From positions 148,926,001 through 148,990,000 of the forward strand of contig NC_058368.1 of NCBI RefSeq assembly GCF_018350175.1: a stretch of DNA of 64,000 nucleotides, in the 5' to 3' direction. The DNA comes from Felis catus (Eukaryota). Positions within the stretch are counted from its first letter, which is position 1, and each line of letters opens with the position of its first letter. Below, piece after piece: positions 38,610-52,036 of this stretch. Position numbers and translations under genes: made by a program. The notes below the pieces were generated by a model. That model was not told the DNA's origin. It did not search any database and was given only the letters and a program-made list of their open reading frames with translations.

Positions 38610-39350
38610 TTGGCCATCAGATGGGGAAACAGGATTTTCACATACTCTTGTGTGTACTCTCAGTGGTACCAAGGGGGTATATATTGGTCCTACTTCTTTG
38701 GAGGGTAACTTGAAACATCTATCAAAATTAAAAACCTACACAGTCTTTAAATTTTTGTAATGTTTATTTATCTTTTAGAGTGAGAGTGAGAGGGACAGAG
38801 CTTGAGAGGGGAAGGGCCAGAGAGAGAGAGGGAGACACAGAATCTGAAGCAGGCTCCAGGCTCCGAGCTGTCAGCACGGAGCTCAATGTGGAGCTCGAAC
38901 CCACGATCCGTGAGATCATGACCTAAGCCGAAGTCAGACACTTAACCAACTGAGCCACCCAGGTGCCCCTAAACCTACATACTCTTTAAACCAGCAATTC
39001 CATGCCTAGGAATTCATCAAAATATTAAAGTTCCACATATGTGAAAGTGTGTGCATAAGAATATTTCATTGTATTCCATTATGGCAGCAAAAGATTAAAA
39101 TGAATCTAAATGCAGGAAAGGCCTAGTTAAATAAATTATACTTATCCATACAACAACATACCATATAGTTCTTTTAAAAAAATCAAGATAAAAGTATACA
39201 TTGTGAAATGGCAAGTGCTTGACATATACTATTAAAATAAAAAAGTAAGTTTTACCAAAATTATACTATTTAGGTGAAAAATATATTAACTTATATAAAA
39301 TTTCAGAAATATACATAAGAAAAATTCATTCAGCCTCTCTTTAAGAAAAA
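38610..39350 (+). mobile_element. Ancient L1M 3' fragment with a nested antisense CanSINE (38748-38969)
   Basis: ggggaaacaggattttcacatact; ttggagggtaacttg; ccagcaattccatgcctaggaatt. SINE TSD aaacctaca..tcttta. Confidence 0.75.
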
Positions 39351-39436
39351 GATTTAGAAATGATGGGCTGGCTGTGGGAAGAGGAAACTTTATATTTACT
39401 GAATTATTTACTGAATTATCTGAAAAATAACTTGAA

Positions 39437-39637
39437 TTTTTTTAAATGTTTATTTATTTATTTTCAGAGAAAAAGACCAGGGAAGGGGAAGAGAGAGGGG
39501 GAAAGAGAGAATCCCAAGCAGGTTCCACACTGTCAGTGCAGAGCCTAATGCAAGGCTTGATCCCACGACCTTGGGACCATGACCTGAGCCAAAATCAAGA
39601 GTCAGACACTTAACCAACTGAGCCATCCAGGCATCCC
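39437..39637 (-). mobile_element. CanSINE
   Basis: SINE body with TSD cttgaatt. Confidence 0.93.
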
Positions 39638-40248
39638 TTGAATTCTTTACATAAAAATTTCTCAAGAAACTATAACCTGTTTAACACAGGACGTATTTTT
39701 CAAACATGCTGTTGCATAAGATTTTGGTAACTTGATACTTGGTACTGAAGTCTATCAGGATGTTTTAAAGATGATTTAGCATTCTTCAATAATCGCATTT
39801 TTCCAGTAACATAGTATTCTGTATTCTTGTATTCTGGTTACCATTTTATCTTCTTTTTCTATTCCAAGCTGTCTGTTCACATATTTCTAACTGTCATATT
39901 TTCAATAAGAAATTCTCCCTCTTCCCCTCCTCCCTCCATTCTGCTCCCTCCCTGCATCTCTCTGCACATCAGTGTGTGCATGCATGCACATGTGTGTCTG
40001 TGTGTGTCTGTGTGTCTGTGTCTGTGTCTCTCTGTTTCTCCTGGTCACCCTGCATCTTTATTCTAAACTTTCTTCACATCAAGGTGGAGTACTTAGTGAT
40101 ATGTGAGTGTGTTCATGTGAACTTGTATGGGTAAGAAGTGTGCTGAGGAGACTGTTCTTTTGTAGTGTTCTTTCAGAAACCATCTCTCACCCAATTTTTC
40201 ATGTGAAACCTGAACACAGATTCTCTATTGAATAGAAACAGAGATACT

Positions 40249-40470
40249 TGGGCCACCTGGGTGTCTCTGTCAGTTAAGTGTCCAACTTTGGCTCAGGTCA
40301 TGATCTTGCGGTTCGTGAGCTCAAGCCCTGCGTCAGGCTCTGTGCTGACAGCTCGGAGCCTGGAACCTGTTTTGGATTCTGTGTCTCCCCCTCTCTCTGG
40401 CCCTTCCTCTCTCTCTTTCTCTCTCTCTCTCTCAAAAGTAAATAAACATTAAAGACATTTTTTTTAATTT
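40249..40470 (+). mobile_element. CanSINE
   Basis: SINE body with TSD gaaacagagatac. Confidence 0.95.
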
Positions 40471-40596
40471 GAAACAGAGATACGTAATATTGAATCTAGT
40501 AACCAATAAGCACTAATGGCTTTCAATGATGTTTTTATTTAAAATTTTCCATGATTAATTTTATTTAAACTAAAATAGCTCTGAGTCTCAGTGGAC

Positions 40597-40764
40597 TGTG
40601 ATTCCAAAACTTGGCTAGTAATCAAAAGAATTTAGCATAATGTCGATTTATGGATCCCAACATAAACCTAATTAATCATAAGCTCTGTGAGATGACTCTG
40701 GAATGTCTATTCTAAAAACATTCCTAATTGATTCTCATAAATATCCAATTTTGAAATCCACTAG
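40597..40764. mobile_element. MER5-like hAT MITE relic
   Basis: gtgattccaaaacttggct...tgattctcataaatatccaattttgaaatccactag. Confidence 0.5.
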
Positions 40765-41430
40765 TCGAGGTGATACTGAAATGGTGTTGATTCTCAGTTT
40801 GTGTGTAATATGTAAACTTGAACTTACTTATATTTAGAGAATATTGATTATATTTTGTCCTTTGTTATACTGTCACCCAAGTATACTATAAATGTCTTTA
40901 GAGTTGCCTAGAACATCCTTTTTTACAAGGCATATTTTAAAAAGTTTTTGAAAATGCCACTTATTTGTTAATTTCACTGGTAAGATTTACTGTTAACTGA
41001 CAGTGAAGTCTCTAGGTAGCAAAGAAAAAAGAGCTTCAGTCTGTTTAGTTCTTCTCTCTGTCCAAATACTCTGAAAAATCATTGAAGTGTTGCATGAAAT
41101 TCTTCAGGTAACTGGTAAATCTTTATGACTCTTAGTGTACAGGTTGTGCCTCATCCCAACTATAAGAAATTATTATTCAGTGACTCCAAAGGCTGGCTGA
41201 TCCTTTTCCTGATCTCTCTGGACAATCGTATCATTCTACCAGTCAGGAGAGTTTAGGAATAGTTTTTCATCTATCTCAGAGTAGATACATATAGATGTTC
41301 ACTGATATCTTCTGGTTTCTGGACAATATCTTAATCCTTACACAAACAACACTGTGCATCTAAGATGCAAAATGTCATATATTTTGCCCTAAGGAATAAT
41401 TGAGATTAGTTTATTACTCATTCTATTTCT

Positions 41431-41604
41431 TTTTATTTTATTTTATTTTTTAATATGAAATTTGTTGTCAAATTGGTTTCCATACAACAACTAGTGCTCA
41501 TCCCAACAGGTGCCCTCCTCAATGCCCATCACCCACCTTCCCCTCCCTCCATCCCCCCATCAACCCTCAGTTTATTCTCAGTTTGAGAGAGCCAGACCAT
41601 AAGA
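41431..41604 (-). mobile_element. Very short felid L1 3' end with a 5' inversion
   Basis: T tail, 3'UTR antisense to 41584, 20 nt in sense orientation, and a perfect 16-bp TSD tactcattctatttct (41415-41430, 41605-41620). Confidence 0.93.
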
Positions 41605-42275
41605 TACTCATTCTATTTCTAACTATGTATCTTAGAAGCCCAAACATTGTGTATATCCTGAGTGCCTGGTAAAGTCTAGAACTGTAGTCCATCAATTAAG
41701 GTTAGTACCTTTCTTCCTGCCACCTTACAAGACTGACTGATGCTTTGTTTTCCAGTGCTTTGCATTGAGCTAATACTTTTAGGATTTATTTAATCTTGAA
41801 CATTGATTATATTGAAAACAAATAGGTCTTGTCCAGAGCACTTTATTTTAATTTCTGGACTTTTTTTCCTTAGATGATGTGTGTGCCTAAAATGAGATTG
41901 CCCACTTGGCTTTGGATGTTTGACTTGACTTGAAGCTTCATCTCAAAGCAGTGGCCTTCTTGCCCAGAGGGACTGTTCTTTCTCAAACTTGACTATTTGT
42001 ATGCTTTGCCACATTCTGAGCCCCTTTTAAAATGGAATGCTGGTGTGGTGACTTCACAGTCTTTGAAAGTGAAACTTCATTAATTCATTGCTATAGGTTC
42101 AATCATTTGTATAGCCATCCTTAAATATGAAAGTAATTCCTTTCCATTTTGAAAGTTCTCCTCATGAATGGAACACAGAATTAGCTTTGCAGAAGTCATT
42201 CTAAGATACTTTGCTAAGCTTAGCATAAATGAAACCATAAAGGAAACATTTCTTCTTTCTCTGGTTGAAAATATA

Positions 42276-42508
42276 TTTTTTTTTATTTAAAAAATTTTTT
42301 TTTTTTAACATTTATTTATTTTTGAGACAGAGAGAGACAGAGCATGAATGGGGGAGGGGCAGAGAGAGAAGGAGACACAGAATCGGAAGCAGGCTCCAGG
42401 CTCTGAGCCATCAGCCCAGAGCCTGACGCGGGGCTCGAACTCACAGACCGCGAGATCGTGACCTGGCTGAAGTCGGACGCTTAACCGACTGCGCCACCCA
42501 GGCGCCCC
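42276..42508 (-). mobile_element. Young felid SINE (SINEC_Fc-like)
   Basis: CpG-rich; ends cggacgcttaaccgactgcgccacccaggcgcccc; TSD gaaaatat. Confidence 0.97.
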
Positions 42509-42927
42509 GAAAATATTTTTTTTCTGCATTCATTGGATGATATGTTTGAAAAACAAGTAAAAGCGACTCAAAAACTTTCAGCATTGGATTTTAAGGTTTG
42601 AAAAACAAATGGCTCTACTACTTCCTTAACTACACCATAAAAAAGAACAGTGTTCACGCATGCACACGCACATATACATGCATGCTCACGCATACTTAAT
42701 CACACCATCTTTTAAGGTAAGCATGATGCTGAAGAAAATAAAACTTGAAATAGTAATGCAACTTTTGGTTTACTAATATTACCACCAATCAGTATTTTCC
42801 ATACAAACTGCTCTGTTATTTTCCTGACTTTGTCAAGCCAGCAGGAGTAAATTATTTATGGACCGCAGACTTGAAAGGGCTGCTAGGTAAATGATCTTGT
42901 CAATTGAAGAACAATCATTTCAATTGT

Positions 42928-42929
42928 AT

Positions 42930-42964
<35 letters not shown>

Positions 42965-43167
42965 TTTTTTTAACGTTTATTTATTTTTGAGACAGAGAGA
43001 GGCAGAGCATGAACAGGGGAGGAGCAGAGAGACACAGAGACACGGAATCTGAAACAGGCTCCGAGCTGTCAGCACAGAGCGCGACGCAGGGCTCGAACTC
43101 ATGGACCGTGAGATCATGACCTGAGCCAAAGTCCGACGCTTAACCGACTGAGCCACCCAGGCGCCCC
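42928..43167 (-). mobile_element. Felid SINE with a (TTTA)n tail
   Basis: CpG-retaining body with TSD tcaattgtattta. Confidence 0.96.
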
Positions 43168-43389
43168 TCAATTGTATTTATTAAGAAACAGCAAAATAAT
43201 ACTTATTTCAAAGGTCCTAGCACCTACTTCCTAGAAATATCAGTTTAGCTCCGGTTGAATATAGATTTGTCAGCCAAAACTACATTAGTATCTGAGCAAA
43301 TGAAATGAATGGTTACAAACAAATGGTTATTTCAGTTTTGTAAAAAAAGTACTTCATATCAATGAGAAATAGAGAAATAGTGACTAGAA

Positions 43390-43625
43390 AAATCTAGTAT
43401 GTGCCACTGAAGTTATGGAATTTGATGTAAATGAACTCACTACTAGTGGAAATTCTTACTTTCTGTGATAGAATCCTTAGGAAATGTGTAAGTGCAATTC
43501 ATTCCAGTAAAACTATTTTAAAATAGGTAATTATCTTGCAGGATTCTTGAATTGGTTAAATGAAGTAATATATATAAAAGCAATGGTAGATTATAAGTCT
43601 TTAAAAATATTCATTATTTTTTATT
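43390..43625 (+). mobile_element. MIR relic
   Basis: tatcttgcaggattcttgaattggttaaatgaagtaatatatataaaagc resembles the MIR 3' half. Confidence 0.5.
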
Positions 43626-43645
43626 CTTAATAAAACTTCACATTT

Positions 43646-43880
43646 GGGGCACCTGGGTGGCTTATTTGGTTAAGTGTCCAACTTTAGCTCAGGTCATGAT
43701 GTCAAGGTTCATTAGTTCAAACTCCACGTCGGGCTCTGTGCTGACACCTCAGAGCCTGGAGCCTTCTTTCAGATTCTATACCTCCCTCCCACTCTGCTCC
43801 TCCCCTGCTCGCACTCTGTCTCTCTCCCTTTCAAAAATAACTAAACATTTAAAATATTTTTTTAAAAAAATAATAAAATA
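43646..43880 (+). mobile_element. CanSINE
   Basis: SINE body with diverged TSD taaaac(t/a)tcaca. Confidence 0.93.
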
Positions 43881-43917
43881 AAACATCACAATTGTTATAC
43901 TTGTATAATATCTCATC

Positions 43918-46900
43918 ATTTTTAAAATTTTCTTTCCAAGATTTTATTTAAACTCAAGTTAGTTAACATATAGTGTAGTATTGGCTTCAGGAGTATAATT
44001 TGGTGATTCATCACTTACATATAACACCCAGGACTCATCACAACAAGTGTCCTCCTTAATACTCATCACCCATTTAATCCATACTCCTGCTGGCCTCCCT
44101 TCCAGCAACCTTCATTTTGTTCATTATAGTTAAGAGTCTCTTATGATTTGCTTCCCTCTTTTTTTTTTAATGTTTATTTATTTTTGAGAGAAAGAGAGAG
44201 ACAGAGCAGGAGCAGGGGAGGGAAAGAGAGAGAGGGAGACATAGAATCTTTAGCAGGCTCCAAAATCCAGCTGTCAACACAGAGTCTGACGTGGGGCTTG
44301 AACACACGAACTGCAAGATCATCACCTGAGCAAAGTTGGACACTTAACCAACTGAGCCACCCAGGCACCCCTTCCCTCTCTGTTTTTGTCTAATTTTATT
44401 TTTCCTTCTTTTCCCCAATTTTTATCTTTTTTGTTTCTTAATTTCCACATACAAGTGAAGCTATATGGTACTTGTCTTTCTCTAATATATTTTACTTAAC
44501 ACAATACACTCTAGTTCCATTCACCTTACTGCAAATGGCAAGATTTCATTTGTTTTGGTTACTGAGTAATCCATTGTGTGCATATACGATGTCTTCAGTC
44601 AATGGACCATTGTTCAGCCAATGGACATTTAGGCTCTTTCCATAATTTGGCTATTGTTGATAATGTTGCTATAAGCATAGGGGTGAACGTGTCCCTTTGA
44701 ATCAGTATTTTGTGTTTTTTGGATAAATACTCACTAGTGCAATTGCTATGTCTTAAAGGAGCTCTGTCTTTACATTTCTGAGGCAACTCCACACTTCTTT
44801 CCAGAGTAGCTGCACCAGTTTGCATTCCCACCAACAGTGTAAGAGGGTTGCCCTTTCTCCACATCCTCAACAACATCTGTTGTTTCCAGAGTTTTTCATT
44901 TTAGCCATTCTGTCAGGTGTGAGGTATATCTCATTGTGCTTTTGATTAGTATTTCCCTCATGATGAGTGATGTTGAGCATCTTTTCATGTGTCACTTAGC
45001 CATCTGGATGTCTTCTTTGGAAAAGTGTCTATTCATATATTCTGCCCATTTTTTCACTGGATTATTTGTTTTTTGGATGTTGAATTTTGTAAGTTCTTTA
45101 TATATTTGGGATGTTAACCCTTTATCTGATATGTCATTTGCAAATATATACTTCCATTCCATAGGCCGCCTTTTAGGTTTTTTTTAATTGTTTTCTTCAC
45201 TGTAGAGGAACTTTTTATCTTGATGAGGTCCCAACTATTCATTTTTGTTTTTCTTTCCCTTGCCTCTGGAGACACGTCTAATAAGAAGTTCCTGTGGCCA
45301 AGATCAAAGAGATTGTTGCCTATTTTCTCCTCTAGGATTTTGACGGTTTTCTATCTCAACATTTAGGTCTTTCATCCATTTTGAGTTTATTTTTGTCTAT
45401 GATGTTAGAAAGTGGTCCAGGTTCATTCTTCTGCATGTCATTGTCCATTTTTCCCAGTAACATTCGCTGAAGATATTGTCTTTTTCCATTGCATACTCTT
45501 TACTGCGTTGTTGAAGATTAGTTGGCCATACATTTGTGGGTCCATTTCTGATTCTCTATTCTGTTCCATTGATCTATGCATCTGTTTTTGTGCTAGTAGC
45601 ATACAGTCTTGATGATTACAGCTTTGTAATATATCTTGAAATCTGGAACTGTGATGCCTCCAGCTTGGTCTTCTTTTCCAACATTACATTGGCTATTTGG
45701 AGTCTTTTCTGGTTCCATATAAAGTTTAGGATTGTTTCTCTTAGCTCTGTGAAGAATTCTGGTGTTTTTTTGATAGGGATTGCGTTGACTGTGTAGATTT
45801 ATTTGGGTAGTATAGACCTTTTAACACTTGTTCTATTTTTTCTTCCAATCCATGAGCATGGAATGTTTTTCAATTTCTTTTTATCTTCTTCAATTCCTTT
45901 CATAAACTTTCTATAGTTTTCAGCATACAGATCTTTTATCTCTTTGGTTAGGTTTTTTTCCCTAGGTATCTTATTGCTTTTGATGCAATTATAAATGGGA
46001 CTTATTCCTTCATTTATCTTTTCTGCTGCTTCATTATTGGTGTATAGAAATGCAACAGATTTCCATATGCTGATTTTAGATTCTGCAGCCTTGCTGAATT
46101 CATGTATCAGTTCTAGCAATTTTTGGTGAAGTCTTTTGGGTTTTCCACCTACTGTATCATGTCCTCTGCAAAGAGTGAAAGTTTGACTTTTTCCTTGCCA
46201 ATTTTATTGTCCAACTTTTGAGACTAGGATTTCCAGTATTATGTTGAACAACAATGGTAAGAGTAGACATCGCTGTCATGTTCCTGACCTTAGGGGAAAA
46301 GCTCTCAATTTTCCCCATTGAGGATGATGTTAGCTCTGAGTTTTTCATATACAGCCTTTATGATATTGAGGCATGTTCCTTCTATGCCTACTTTCTTGAG
46401 GGTTTTTTAAAGAATATATGCTGTATTTTTTTCAAATGCTTTTCTCCATCTATTGAGAGGATCATGTGTTTCTTATCCTTTTTATTTTTGTTTTATTTTG
46501 GTGTATCACATAGTTTGACTTATGGGTATTGAACCACCCCTGCATCCTAAGAATAAATCCAACTTGATTATATTAAATTCTTTAAGTGGACTGTTAGATT
46601 AGATTTCCTAGTATCTTGTTGAGAATTTTTGTATACAAGTTAATCCAAGTTCATCAGGGATATTGGTCTGTAATTCTCCTTTATTTTTTTTAAATGTTTA
46701 TTTATTGAGAGACAGGGCTGGACGAAGGGCAGAAAGAAGGGGACAACTGATCCAAAGCAAGCTGTGCACTGACAGCAGTGTGCCCAATGCGAGGCTTGAA
46801 CACACCAACTGTGAGATCATGACCCAAGCTAAAGTCAGTCGCTCAACCGACACAACCACTCAGGTGCCCCTGTGATACTCTGTCTTAGTGGTGTCCTTGT

Positions 46901-49900
46901 CCGGTTTTGGAATCAAGGTAATGCTGACCTCTTAGAATCTGTTTGGAAGTTTTCTTTCCATTTCTATATTTTTGGAACACAGAAAAATAGGTATTGTTCT
47001 TTAAATGTTTGGTAGCATTCCCTTGTGAAGTCATCCTTCCCTGGACTTTTGTTTGTTGAGACTTTTTTGATTACTGACTCAATTTCTTTGCTGGTTATGG
47101 GTCTGTTCAAATTTTTTATTTCTTACTGTTTCAATTTTGGTAAATTGTATGTTTCTAGGAATTTATCTATTTCTTCCAGAACGCCCAATTTTTGGCATAT
47201 AATTGAACATAGTATTCTCTTACAATTTTTTCTTTTTGTATTTCTGCAGTGTTGGTTGTGATCTCTTCTCTTGCATTTGTGGTTTATTTATTTGGGTCTT
47301 TTCCTTTTTCTTTTTGGTAAATCTGTCTAGGGGTTTATCAATTTTGTTAATTTTTTCAAAGAACCAGCTACTAGTTTCGTTGATCTGTTCTATTTGTGTT
47401 AATTTCAATATTGTTTATTTCTGTTCTACTCTTTATTTCTCTTCTTCTACTTCTTTTTGGGCTTTATTTGCTGCCTTTTTCAGCTTTTTTAGGTGTAAGA
47501 TTGCCTTGTATAGCTGAGACCTTTCTTCCTTCTTGAGGAAGGCCTGAAATACTACATACTTTCCTCTTACGACTGCCTTTGCTGCATTACAAAGGTTTTG
47601 GACTGTGTGCTTTCATTTTCATTTACTTCCATATATTTTTTTATTTCTTCTTTAATTTCCTGGTTAAGTCATTCATTTTTTAGTAGGATGTTCTTTAATC
47701 TCCATGTATTGGTGGTCTTTCCAAATTTTTTCTTGTGGTTGACTTTAAGTTTCATAGCATTGTGATCTGAAAATAGACTCAGAATGATCTCAGACTTTTT
47801 GTGCTGATTGAGGCCAGATCTGTGACCCGGCATGTGATCTAGTCTGGAGAATGTTTCTTGTGCACTAGAAAAGAATGTGTATTCTACTGCTTTAGGGTGA
47901 AATACTCCGAATATATGTTAAGTCCTTTTGGTACAGTATGTCATTCAAAGCCATTATTTCCTTGTTAATCTTCTACTTAGATCATCTGTTTATTGCTGTG
48001 ACTGGCATGTTGAAGTCTCCTACTCTTATTGTATCATTATCAGAATTCCTTTATTTTTGTTCTTAATTGATTTATATATTTGGCTTTTCATAAGTTGGGG
48101 GTATAAATATTTATATTTGTTAGATCTTCTTGTTGTACAGACCCCTTTTATGATGATATAGTGCTCTTCTTCTCTCTTATTACAATCTTTGGTTTAAATT
48201 TACCTAGTTTGTCTGATTTAAGTATTGCTACTTCATCTTTCTTTTGATGTCCATTAGTATGATAAATGGTTCTCTTCCCCTTGCTTTCAGTCTGGAGGTG
48301 TCTTTGGTCTAAAATGAGTGTCTTATAAGCAGCATATTTATGGGTCCTATTTTTATTGATCAATTATGATATCCTATGTCTTTTGATTGGAGTTATTCAG
48401 CCCATTTACCTTCAGAGTAATTATTGATAGATATGAATTTAGAGCCATTGCATTACCTGTAAAGTCACTATTCCTGTAGATTGTCTCTGTTCCTTTTAGT
48501 CTTTATTGTTCTTGGTCTCTCTTTCCCACTGAAAGTGTCCCCTTTAATATTTCTTGTACAGCTGGTTTAGTGGTCATGAACTCCCTTAGTTTTTGCTTGT
48601 CTTGGAAACTCTTTGTCTCTCCTTCCATTATGAAGTACAACCTTGCTGGATAAATTATTCTTGGCTGCATATTTTTCCATTTATCTCCTTAAATATATCA
48701 TGCCACTCCCTTCTTTCCTGCCAAGTTTCTGTGGACAGGTCGATTACTAACCTTATATGTCTACCCTTGTAGGCTAAGGACCTTTTGTCCCTAGCTGCTT
48801 TCAGAATTGTCTCTTTATCTTTGTATTTTGCACATTTCACTATAATATGTCTTGGTGTCGACGTATTGTTATTCGTTTTGACGGGAGTTCTCTGTGACTC
48901 TTAGACTTGGATGCCTGTTCTCTTCCCCAAATTAAAGAAGTTTCCAGCTATAATTTGTTCAAATAAACCTTCTTTCCCTTTTTCCTACTCTTCTTCTTCT
49001 GGGACTCCTATAATATGGATATTATTGTGCTTCATAGAATTGCTGATTTCCCTAAGTCTATATTCGTAATCTAATAGTTTTCTTTCTCTCTCATTTTTAA
49101 CTTCATTTTTTCTATAATTTTATTTTCTATATCACCTATTCAATCCTCTGCTTCTTGACTTCTCATTGTGACTATATCCAGTCAGTTTTGCATACCAGCT
49201 ATTGCTTTTTTTATTTCAGCCTCACTATCTTTTAGGTCTTTTATCTCTGCAGCAGTAGTTCCTCTGCTGTTTTCTATGCTTTTTTCAAGTCCAGCCAGTA
49301 TTCTTATGACTGTGGTTCTAAATTCTTCGTTCAGATATATTACTTATTGTCTCTTTTGAGCAGATCTATGGCTATGGTTTCTTCTTGATCTTTCTTGGGG
49401 GAGTATTCTTCTGTCTTGCCATTTTGTCTAGGTTTCTGTCTTTTCATGGTATGAAAGCTTGTTATGTTTCCTGCTCCTGAGAGTAATGCTATATTAAGAA
49501 TGGGTCATATATTGTCCAGGGCTGAGCGCTTCAGGAAGTGTTTCTGGTATGTGCTGTGTGCACTTTGCTCTTGCCATTTGGTGGCTCTTTCCCCAGGTCA
49601 GTCCTCTGCAGAGCTCTTCCTTGCTTGCGGTGTGGAAGTTTGGATTTTAAGTAGGTGTGCTTTGTTTGTTAAAATAAGCCTGAGAGGAAAAAAAGAAAAA
49701 AATTAAAAAGAAAAAAATCTGTGGGCACCTGGGTAGCTCAGTTGATTAAGCGTCCGACTTTGGCTCAGGTCATGATCTCACAACTCGTGAGTTCGAGCCC
49801 CACATCGGGCTCTGTGCTGACAGCTCAGAGCATGGAGCCCACTTTGGATTCAGTGTCTCCCTGTCTCTCTCTGCCCTTCTCCCATTCATACTCCATGTTT

Positions 49901-51435
49901 CTCTCTCTCTCTTTCAAAAACAAACATTAAAAAAATTTTTTAAAGAAGAGAAAATTCTGACCCCCCAAAGAAAGAGAAAAGGCAAAGGAACAAAACAAAC
50001 AAACAAACAAACAAAAATTCAGCCTGATTCTGAGAAAAAGAAAGGGAAAAAAGCCTCATCCAGAAAATGATGAAACGAAAGAAAGGCATGAACAAAAAAC
50101 TATAAGTCTGATTCCAAAAAGAGAGGGAGAGAGAGAGAAAGTAAGGAAAGAAAAGAAAAGAAAAGAAAAGAAAAGAAAAGAAAAGAGAAAAAATAAAAGT
50201 AATAAAGAAGCTAGCCTGGTTCTATTTCCACCAAAATTGAAGCTGATGCTCTGGAGCACTCAATGACTTGCTACATGTTGGGGGACCGGTGTTGGTCCCC
50301 TGGGGGAGAGGCCCACTATGCTGGCTCATAGTCAGACCTACCCTAGTAAATATGGTCCTGCAGAGTGCAGTGGGGTTGGGTTTGGTGTAAGCTGTTCCAG
50401 CTTCTGTTAGGGGCTTTTTGTTACTGGCTAAAATTTACGTTGCTAGTTAGCAGGGGAAGATATCATCACACTGCTCTCTCATCCCTGGGTAGAAGAGCTG
50501 GCAGCAACCACTATTCAGGTAGTTCTCTCAGAGACAAACAAGCAACCTCACCTCCTGTGTCCCAGGCTTTTGTCAGATCCCTGACCTTAACCCTTCTGTG
50601 TGCAGGCCATCAACATGTCTGGTGCCACAGATCTCTTCTGTTTTCTCTCTGGTGCATGACTGGGATTCAAAACTACAAATCTTACAGGACAGGACAAGGC
50701 AGAACTGGTGCCCTCCTCCAGAGGATAGTCTGGCAGAGCTGCATGTGGTGCCATTCTGTCCAGAAAAGCAGTTGCAGGCCACGCAGGTGCCTAGAGTTTA
50801 TTGTGAAGCTCAGGGAAAAGCTGCAACCGCTCTATCTGCCCTCTGTGCATGATTCTCTCCCTTGCTATTAACAGCCGTTCAAAGGTGCCAGCCAGGTCTT
50901 TTGTCCTTCAAGAAGCAATATGCTATATGTCCTTCCAGGTCCACTCAGGAAAAGTGTAGTTTCTGTCTGAGTCTCATCCAGGGGATATCCACACCACACT
51001 GTCCACTCTCCATGCCTGGGCTTTGCCTCCTTCTCCCCAGGAGCACCAGTCCCCTGGGTCTACTCCAGCAAATGGCACAGACTTCTGAAAAGTCAGAACT
51101 TCAGCTCCACTGTTTGCAAAAACTTACCATAGTCAGTTCCTCACTATTCCCCCGTCAATGGTTTTGGAGGAGTGCTTTTCTGACAAGAACCCAAGGCTCT
51201 ACTTTCCCCCTCCATCTCTCTACATGTAGAGGGGTCCAATCCCTCTGTGGCACCTTGGCTTTTCCCTCCCCCAGGTCCCTACTCTGCACCACATACTTGC
51301 TATGTTCTCTCACTCAAATTATGCAGATTGTTCTCTTAATCTTCAGATTAATTTCCTGGGGTTGAAAATGATTTGGTGTTGGTCTAGCTGTGTTCAAGGG
51401 ACAAGATTCGCCTAGGGTTCCCCTACTACCAATAT
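43918..51435 (-). mobile_element. Near full-length older carnivore L1, decayed, with three nested SINEs (44159-44371 minus, 46683-46870 minus, 49723-49945 plus)
   Basis: 3'UTR near 43940, ORF2 peptides ([22 protein letters not shown]), ORF1 peptides (KDKETILKAARDKR) with a start near 49422, and a 5'UTR of about 2 kb ending ccctactacc. (GAAAA)n at 50146-50185. Confidence 0.95.
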
Positions 51436-51933
51436 CTCTCACTTTTCAAAGAAATCCCAATGCTTATTGGAGCCTCATAATAATCTTGTAAGATAGAAAT
51501 TGAAGATTTTATTATTCTAAGGGTCAAATCAATTAAATTAAATGTATTATTTTATACATTTAAAAACAAAGAGATCAAGTGGTCAATATGGCAACCCATC
51601 ACTTCAATTGCTTACCTTCCTTCCTTGCTTTATTTTGTCCCTCACCTCTGCTAAATTGGGATCAGAACTTCCAAATAAACAATCAGCGTTTAACTTATTC
51701 TTAAGTTTCTATTTTCTAGGGAATCTTGATTAAGAGAAGCTAACCTAAGAAAGTAACATATTTAGAGCACCTATTTTGTACCAGATACTTTGTTAAATAA
51801 CAGAACAATGAAACCAAAAAAAAAATGTTCATATAGTCATTGACATATAAAATGATACCAGTAATACATTTGAGTTTATTTTGCATCTATTATAATAGTG
51901 TTTTCTCCCTCTCTCTCTCTCTTTTGTTTTCAG

Positions 51934-52036
51934 CCATTTGCTTCTAAGAAGGTCCTCACTGTGATCAAAGGCACATTGTAACTAGAGGCCTTGAATGGTC
52001 AAGGAAAAAGCAGAAGTATTTGGATGCACCTCTCAG
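51934..52036 (+). other. Candidate 103-nt non-coding exon
   Basis: 30-nt pyrimidine tract plus CAG acceptor, and a CAG/GTAAAT donor. Stops occur in all three frames. Confidence 0.3.

Noticed and set aside
50365..51365. Two ORFs of about 167 aa antisense to the L1 5'UTR (ORF0-like idea)
   Set aside because: Non-ATG starts in GC-richer decayed UTR sequence, where stops are rarer. No resemblance to primate ORF0 that I can see.
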